Source of the DNA: the human T2T-CHM13v2.0 reference genome, Homo sapiens
Assembly: GCF_009914755.1 (NCBI RefSeq)
Contig: NC_060934.1
Strand: one strand, 5' to 3'
Length of the DNA: 64,000 bases
The notes under the pieces are model-generated. The model searched no databases. It had not been told where the DNA came from and saw nothing but the letters and a program-made list of their open reading frames with translations. Position numbers and translations under genes: made by a program. How positions within the stretch are numbered: the stretch's first letter is position 1; each line of letters starts with the position of its first letter. Positions 55,906 to 64,000 of the stretch are shown here, in pieces.

Positions 55906-56589
55906 ACCTACTATAACTAGAAGCTCTGCCACTAGTAATTACTTACCCAAGAAAGAAAGCCATACATGTCTATACAAAGACTTATACATGAGTGTTCATT
56001 GCAGTTTTATTTGCAATTACCAAAAAAATGGAAACATTCCAAAATGCACATGATAGGCTTATGGATATACAAAATGTAGTATATTCCATTGAAAACTACT
56101 CAGCAATATAAAAAGAGCAGCCTTCTGAATCATGCAACAATATGGATGGATCTTGAAATAATTCTGTGAGTGAATAAAATCAGACAAAAACGTACTGCTC
56201 TATAATTTCATTTATACAACATTCTTGAAATTGCAAATTAATCCATACTGACGAGAAGTAAACCATTGATTGCAGAGAAAGGGTTGAATGAAGAGATGAA
56301 TGCACAACGGTGTGAAGAAACTTTTGGGGAAGGTAGAAATGTTGGGTATCTTGATTATGGTGTGGTTTCACCCAGCATACATATGTGAAAATTCTTCAAA
56401 TTGTGAAATTTCTACATGTGCAGCTTCGGAGGCATAAATTTTTCCTCAACACAGCTGAAAAAATTAAATTTAAATTGGCACACAGTTAACCCACTAAAGA
56501 AAATTATGGTTTTACTTTGTAACTTTTCCAGTTTTTGAACAAAGCTCAGATCATAAAACTGTCTCAAGAATAACATTATTCCTGGACAT

Positions 56590-57472
56590 TGTTGACTTAA
56601 TAGAAATCACAATTTATACATTTTGAAAAGGAGAAAAGAAGTTTTTATTTCTTAGGGTTACAGCCTGCCAGGTGGCCAACCTGCAGGTTGGCCTCTAGTC
56701 AAGACCAAAGACAGGCACCATGAAGGAGGAGGGGTTGGGGTAGGACATACATATTCAACAGGTTACAGGAGGAGTTACGAATATTCATCAAGGGGTCTTG
56801 CCACATGGGCATTGAACAAACGTGCATGTAACATATGATCCATGTTCACTTTAGGGTGGAGACAACATTCAAATGCATTGCAATCAGGCCGTACATGTCA
56901 AAAGGTCTTTTCAGGACATGAAGTCCTGACAGTGTGCAGCCTCTGGAATCATTCCACAGTCAATGGTCTTCTTATATGAAAAAAAGCTACTGAAATCAGT
57001 CTCTTGTCCAGTCAAAGCTGGAGTCATGGCTTGTGGAACAGGGGGTCACTTAATCAGGGTCCAGCAGTGGATGAGCTGCAAATTCTTTCACTAGTGCTTA
57101 TCTCCAGGCCAGTGCTTATTTAGCTGCTAGAGAAAGACAAAAAAAAAAAAAAAAGCTATGGCAGTGAGAACAAGCTTATTCTTCAAGGGTAGGTAAGTGA
57201 CTTAAACCTCGCCTGCCATGGGTTTAGGTTCTGTTTATAATTTGATATCGTATTGTCAGAGAGTCTGTTCTGCCATTCTTATAATCTGTATTTTAACATC
57301 TATGCTGGTCAGTTGTGTCTAAACCCCAAAAGTGAGGGAGTATAATGAGCCATACCTCACCGCCCATCCTGTCATGTCCAGGAATTCAATCTTAAGGGTT
57401 TTCTGGCATCCGCTGGGCCAAAAATGAGTCCATTCAGTTAGTGAAGACTTAGAATTTCATTTGAAGTTTTCA
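56590..57472 (-). mobile_element. MER4-group ERV1 solo LTR (MER49/MER4D-like)
   Basis: TG..CA termini, about 880 bp; gctggtcagttgtgtctaaaccccaaaagtgagggagtataatgag; 4-bp TSD acat at 56586-56589 and 57473-57476. Confidence 0.8.
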
Positions 57473-58544
57473 ACATAATATAGACTTTGGGATTATTTTT
57501 GCCATTTTTTTCCCATCGTGTGGTACCATTTAGAATTCTAATATATTCAGTTGCTCCTCAGAGGATAGTGTGGCTTACCAAAATTCCTCTCCTAATTTCT
57601 AAATTAAAAATATCTGGATTAAAAAATATAATTTGGATTGTCACTAGCAGACTTGAAAAATAAACGCTAAAATAAAAATATAAGAGTAGGTATATTTTCA
57701 GTTAAAAAATTCAGAGGCAGTAGGTGCTAAATGCAAAATGCAATTAGTAATTAATTGATTGATTAAAATTTTTCTTTAATCCCAGAACAAGAACCTTATT
57801 TAAAGGCTGAGGATGGTTTACACATGTAAGATTATTAACTAAGCCAATTGGAATTACAGTGAATGAAATAAAGAGTATTTGAAAAAGTATGATAACATTT
57901 GTTAGATGTGAATTGAAACATGAAAAAGAAAATTCTTTATGCAAGTGAATTAGACAACGGAAAAATAGAAAATGGAAATTCTTTATGCAAAAATGAATTA
58001 GATAATTCTCAGAGCATTTTTCTTTTTTCTTTTTTACAAAACTTGGAAAGCAGTAGGTATGCAGATTCCGTATTTCAAAACAAAAGACTTGACTGTGATG
58101 AATGCCCCTCATGTGTCATCTTCTGAAAATCCTCCTTTGGGATAAATATTTTCCTTGCATAGATTGAAGATAACTTGATAAGAATTTTGGATTCTGGTGG
58201 AAAAAAACAAATCAGATGGATGTTTAGAAAATTTTACTGGAACTCAATTATTTGTGTACAATACCCTCTCCAAATCTCATGCTACTTTTTGGGATCCAGC
58301 AGCAACACAAGCTTTAGTACTAGAAAAGTGGACTGCTGTGCTACCAACGGGAAAAAATCAAACCCATAATATGAATGACAAGGCTTTCCAAATAACTACT
58401 ACCCCCCATACACCAAAATACCTCAATAATACTAATAACCTTTTAAAGTAAAGAAATGAGAATTTCTTTGAGGTGAGATTTTGAGATAGATTGTAAGTAC
58501 AAATACATTGATAAGCACTTACAAATTTAATTATAAGGACATCA

Positions 58545-58930
58545 CTTACCTACAGCAAAATGATGCCGCATTAACACATGACCTCAAAACCATCATTAAC
58601 AAAAAACTTAACATAATAAATTCTCATTTCACCCATGACTTTGCAAGTCTTCAATTTAGACGAGGCTCAGCTGAGCTGTTTTAGACAGGCTCACGCACAT
58701 GCCTGGCAGGTTAATGGCCCTGGGATGGGGTAATGGAGTGTCTGAGCCATGTGTCTTTCATCTTTCTCAGGCTGGCTTGGGCACATCCTCTGGCACAAGT
58801 GCAAAAGTGGGTGATGGTGATTGGCAAGCACGCTCCCTCTGCAGGCACTGCACTCACTGACTTCCCATTACTCAGGTGATCACAGGGCTGAGTGCGGAGC
58901 CACCCTGGAAGGGAACCACAAGGTTGTGCA
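58545..58930 (-). mobile_element. Old MLT1-type LTR
   Basis: gaggctcagctgagctgtt; gagccatgtgtctttcatc..ggctggcttgggc are antisense MLT1H-like phrases. Confidence 0.5.
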
Positions 58931-58944
58931 AAGGAACAAAATGT

Positions 58945-59667
58945 GGGTCATCGTCTGGACTATTCTGTCCCATTGATGCAACTTTTATCTTTACCACACT
59001 GTCTTAATTACTGCTATATTTTGATATTATGTGTCATGAGTTCTACATCTTGTTTCTCCAATTTGAAGAATGTTTTTACTTGTCTAGGTTTTTTGCATTT
59101 CCACAAAAATATCAACCAGCTTGTCAATTATTATTATTTTTTTGAGCCAGGGTCTCACTCTGTCACCCAGACTGGAATGTAGTGGCACAATTATGGCTCA
59201 CTGCAGCCTCAACCTCCTGGGCACAAGTGATTCTCCCACCTCAACCTCCCTAGTAGCTAGAATCTCTAGTACAATGATGAACAAAAGTTCTGAGAAAAAA
59301 ATCCTTCCTTACCCCTGATCATAGGTAGAAAGCATTAGGTATTTTAACATTAAATGTGATACAAGCTGAGGTTTTTTCTTAGATGCTCTTCTTTAAGTTA
59401 GGAAAGATTCATTCTATTCTTAGTTTGTCAAGAGCTTTTATCACTAATGAAAGTTGAATTATGTTAATGCCTTTTTCATTTATTGAGATTTTCATATGAT
59501 TTTTCTGCTTTATTCTGTTAACATAGAGAATTAATATTGGTTATGTTCTAAATATTACACCAATCTTGCATTCTTGTGGCAAACCCCACTTAGTCATGAT
59601 ATATAGTCTCTTCTGCATATTTTTGTTTTTACTTGGTGACATTTTATTAAGAGTTTTGCATCTATAT
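58945..59667 (-). mobile_element. L1M ORF2 fragments, antisense, with a truncated Alu right arm at 59131-59262
   Basis: tctggactattctgtcccattgat; ttgcattcttgtggcaaaccccacttagtcatg; Alu arm gagccagggtctcactctgtcacccag..ctgcagcctcaacctcctggg. Confidence 0.75.
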
Positions 59668-60107
59668 TTGTGTTGGACAGACAATAAGGTGACCGAATGG
59701 TCTCTGACTACTAGCAGTCACAGCTTTGTGAATTCTCCGTGTGGAATCCCCTCTCGTTTTCTTGAGTGTGACCTGTGATTTGCTTTTAATCAACAGAAGG
59801 CAGCAAATGTGATAGATGTCTCTGTTTATATATGTGATTACATCATGGAGGATGTGGCTTTCATTAGGCCAGGGGACTCTTTCTTTTGGAGACTGAAGAG
59901 GCAAGCTGTGGACTGGAAGCTGGTGTGTGGAGAGGACCCCATTGAAAGCAGATTACAGCAGCCTCTATCGCACTGCGACACCCTTATGAAGGTAAACGCT
60001 GCTAACAGCTGCCTGAGTTTGGAAGCAGATCCTTCCCCATTTGACCCTCAGATGAGACAACAACCGTGGCTCACAGCTTTCTTGTAATCTTGCAACTCTG
60101 AGACAGA
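59668..60107 (+). mobile_element. MLT1E/F-like MaLR LTR (partial)
   Basis: ttgagtgtgacctgtgatttgcttttaatcaacagaa; gagtttggaagcagatccttcccc..cagatgaga. Confidence 0.7.
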
Positions 60108-62219
60108 TGGCAGAATCCACAGCTCACAGCAGGAGGAGCAGGACAAAGATGTTTGGACCCTGGGAAAAGTTGTCTTTAATTCTGAGCAGTTGCACTCTAA
60201 TACACAAGTCCATCAAGTGCCTCATGCTCCCTTTCCTGTTCTTCATAAGAAAAGTGAGCACATCACTTTTAGACTTTAGAAAATATTCCTGCTTTTGCTT
60301 TGTTTTGTTTTCCTGTGCTGCTTCAGTGGATCAGTGCCTAAATTGATCAATAATTTTACCAACACTTCTGCCACACTTGCCTTTGATATTTTTCTCCATT
60401 CATTGTTTTATGATTGCTACAGCTGTGCTCATTGCCTTACAGTGGTTTTTGTCTTTTTTTTAGGTGTAGCTCTCTATCAGGTTGCCAGTAAGCAGTCTGG
60501 ATCCTTCTATTCTTCTGAGCCCCTCTTGCATACCTGGGTTCAAGCACATCTAAGTATCACTAAATCCTGCTACACAAAGAGCATTCCATTTTACTGAAAA
60601 TAGAAGCTAAAAAGGAGCCCACAAGAGCCGATTTTTTTTTCCATTTTTCAACTTGCAGGAAGTATTTTTAACAACTTCGGAGAATAGAGCAGTCATTTTC
60701 AAAATTTTCCTTTCCTTCACATGTGTTCAAATTTTCTTTTTTTCAAAAATTTTAGTCCTCATACTGTGAGTCCTTCTTAGTAGTACTGAGAGTTTAGCTC
60801 ACCATGTCTCTCAAGACAGTAGAGACCCCACGGGTACTTGGACTTGCAGTGCCAGCCATGATTTTCCAAAATGTTTACAGTGGCCCTGAAGGCTTTTACT
60901 CTAGGCTTTTGCTGCACATGAAATAAAAAGATTTTTAGCATAAAATTTGAGATGCCATTACTTTAATAAATATGAATGTATTTTTTGAGTTATTTTACAG
61001 TGTCTTTTACAGCAAATATTTCATAAAAAAGAATCCATTGACACTGAGGTTTGGCAACCTTTCAAATTTTGATTTCCAACCTCGTCCTCCTAAATCACTG
61101 GAAACTGGGACCCAGGAAATGGTGGGTGCTTACGATAGGGTTTGAGTAGTGTTTAGGAACTGTAGCAACAGCAATCATAGCTATGATAATAGAAATGATC
61201 AGTGATCTGCCCTCAGGCATAATGACACTGATAATTGACTCCCCAGTCAACACTGAGGAAGGGTGTTGATTTCTGTATTTTATAACACATCCTTTTGAAG
61301 GTCACAGTATTAAACTTTTACAATCTGTTTTTGTAATCTTAATGTTAAATATTTCATGCTTCCTAATAATGCTACCTTTTTAATTTGTTTTGATGGGAAT
61401 ACTGATTCTGCCACACCAAAAAATGTAGACATAGACATAGAAAGTTGATGCATAAAGCCTAATTCTAAATTAGATAATGCATAAAGTCTAATTCCAAAAC
61501 CATGGCTAAAGGAATATAGATTAGACTTCAAAGCTTCATCATTTTCAATTTTTCCTAGTATCAACCCTTCACAGAGACTAATGATACTTATAAAACATTA
61601 ACCTTGCTGGTGCAAAATGTACAAGTCTTACTAAAATAAATCCTTTCCTTACCATTTATTGGGATTAATTTTACCCTTCCTTCTTCCCTAATTAATTTTA
61701 TAGGCCGTTTCCCTTGTTAATTCTAGTGATGGGAGTCCTTTGTTCAACATAACATAATCAATACAGTGAGAATTAGTGTGCAACTGATCAATGTCAACTA
61801 GAAACATGCTAGATGTAATACTTCCGTATATTTTGGTGCAAAAGATTTCCACAGACTGGCACTTTTTCTAATTTTTTTTAATAACACAGGTGCTTGGAAA
61901 ACTTAATAGCAATGGAACATATGTGGTATCACTAATCAGGGAGCTAAAAGAAAGAGTCCCACAGATGTCATCATGTACTGCTTGTAGAGATGCCATTAGG
62001 GATGCTGTTCATTATGACAGTTTGTCCTCCCATGAACATGCCCTAGGAAAAATACATTCAGTTCTAAGACCACTAAATGATGCACTTATCCTGAAAAATT
62101 GCCTTGTTTTTAACCTTATGAACATTATTAATTAGGTGGCTTATCCTCTAATATAACTGAAATTTCCACTGCATTGTCTGCCCTGAAACTGGGAGACAAA
62201 TCTATGATCCAACTAAAAT

Positions 62220-62390
62220 AGTAGTTCTCTAGCTTTGGCTATAGATTAGAAACACTTTTGAAATTCGTAAAAATCTAACATGGTGAGGCCACCACTTCAG
62301 GGGGCCAATCAGTGGGATGGGACCCTAGCGTCTGTATTCTTAAGATCCTTAAATCGTTTTATTCTCTGACTATGACTATGGTTGAGGAGC
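62220..62390. mobile_element. MER5-family MITE relic
   Basis: gtagttctctagctttggctatagattagaaacac..gggatgggaccctagcgtctgtatt..ggttgaggagcatg. Confidence 0.5.
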
Positions 62391-64000
62391 ATGGACATCA
62401 ACTAAGTTATCCATGATCAGGAATGTTTTTTAGTTGCATACGTATGCCTCTATATATGCCTCTACACGTCTTCACTTTCATTTTACCACTAACTTTAATG
62501 TATCATCTTGTTGTAGCTTATACATTATTACAAGCTGTCTTGCATAATTTTCATAATCCAATAAACAATTAAGTATGATTGATTTGAACAGAGAAAAGTA
62601 TGTTCAAGAAGTTCAAAGTATGTTAGGAATACTGAGTACAAATTCTCTATGCTACCTTATCTGTCAACAAATTAATTTAGAAGATAAATGACTGTATGTT
62701 TATTTAAATTTGTGTGTTATTTTTTCATTCTAGGTAATATATATTAAAATCTAAAATATAAATAATAAATGTTAGAGGGTGCTTCCTATATAAAGATTAT
62801 ATTTATAGAATGTAGCAAAATGGAATTGATGAAGACAAAAACAAGTTGCACTTAGCAATTGGTATAAATAAAGCAATAGAGCTCATAAAAAATAGTAACC
62901 TCAATTAGTTATACTTTCCCTATAATAATTTTGATACTGTAGAAAGCCACAAATGTATGTGCTTCATCCCAAATAGTAACTGTAAAATCAATAATGTTGC
63001 AACTCAATAGAATATAAAATTCATGAAAGCAGAATATTAGCTCCCAAACTTAGAAGAGTGCTTGGCATATAGGTGTTAAATAAATATTTGTTAAACATAT
63101 GAATATCTAAGATCCATACGTGAACAAATGCAGGAAATTGCAATGCACAATAAGTAATTCTTATTTTTTACTCACATACACATGTGCATGTAAATATTTA
63201 TGCTTATATAAATACCTTCATGTACATAAAGACATAGAAACACAGAATAAAAAAAAACAGTCAAATGAGAAAGAAATACAATATATTTAAATGTGGTTGG
63301 TTATACATCAGGGAGAAAAAGATGATAATGTGTTTTCATCTTATCATAGGTCTCAAAGTTACTATTTATTTTGTTTTCAAAGAATAGAAAAAAATATTAT
63401 ATGGCAGAGTGTGAATTATACTGTATAACTTAAAATTTTACCATAAACAATATACTGGTAAAGGTAAAATAGGTGAAGAATTGTATCCATCTATTGTTGA
63501 TGTTTTTAAAACAATATTTTCATGAGAGAAACTAGAGAAATATTGAGATTCTATTTCAGGCTAAAAGGCTGTTTAATATTCAACAGCCACTTTATGAAGC
63601 GGCCTTCCATCAGGAAAGCAGAAAACATTTGGAGTTGGTTACATTTCACCCCTAATGGACCTGGATGCCACACATTCTTGATTTAGCCCTTGGCAGAGTT
63701 CCGGAAGAATGATTTAGGCCAGTTTCACTTCAAATGAAATTCTGCCCCTGCGTAACCCAACTGTTCAGTGAAGTTTAAAGAACAGGCTTCCAAAAGAAAA
63801 AAAAAAAAAAAGGAAAAAACACATAAATGAGACCTTGCGAGTTCTTTTATTTGTATAACTTTTTAATGGAAGGGCTCCTCTTATGAAGAAGTTTGGCATT
63901 TAACCTGATACCCTTGTTGCATACAATGGAGATGCACAGAACATGAAACCTGAAATCAGGCAAATCTTACTTGGGTTCATTATCATTCCGACCACATTTT

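Larger units (their letters stand above)
54195..56465 (+). mobile_element. Second L1 (L1ME1-like) ORF2 3' region and 3' end; host to MER20 and MLT1A0
   Basis: Restarts at an ORF2 position already covered at ~53990; 3'UTR phrases (cttttggggaaggtagaaatgtt..cttgattatggtgtggtttca). Confidence 0.7.

Overview
Primate (very likely human) genomic DNA. It is AT-rich, CpG-depleted and gene-poor, and interspersed repeats cover much of it: about 12 Alu elements (J, S and Y lineages, one with AluYb8-type diagnostic bases), many L1 fragments, L2/MIR relics, MER5 and MER20 DNA transposons, and about a dozen LTR/ERV elements. The ERV set includes a decayed ERVL pol-dUTPase segment at 1-2200 and a MER68-type provirus remnant. 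I recognise no protein-coding exon, RNA gene, CpG island or CRISPR. The ORF track is explained by repeats or chance. I found no evidence for a new biological system. The most interesting signals are mechanistic footprints of retrotransposition and repair: an L1 5' fragment with no tail but a target-site duplication (internal priming), a twin-primed L1 nested in a MaLR LTR, an AluYb-like element lacking the 7-bp duplication, reiterated tRNA-Leu primer-binding sites, and a templated hairpin insertion. There are also a few unverified exon-like and regulatory-like sites. Repeat subfamily names come from my memory of consensus sequences, and most boundaries are approximate. Both need RepeatMasker/Dfam confirmation.
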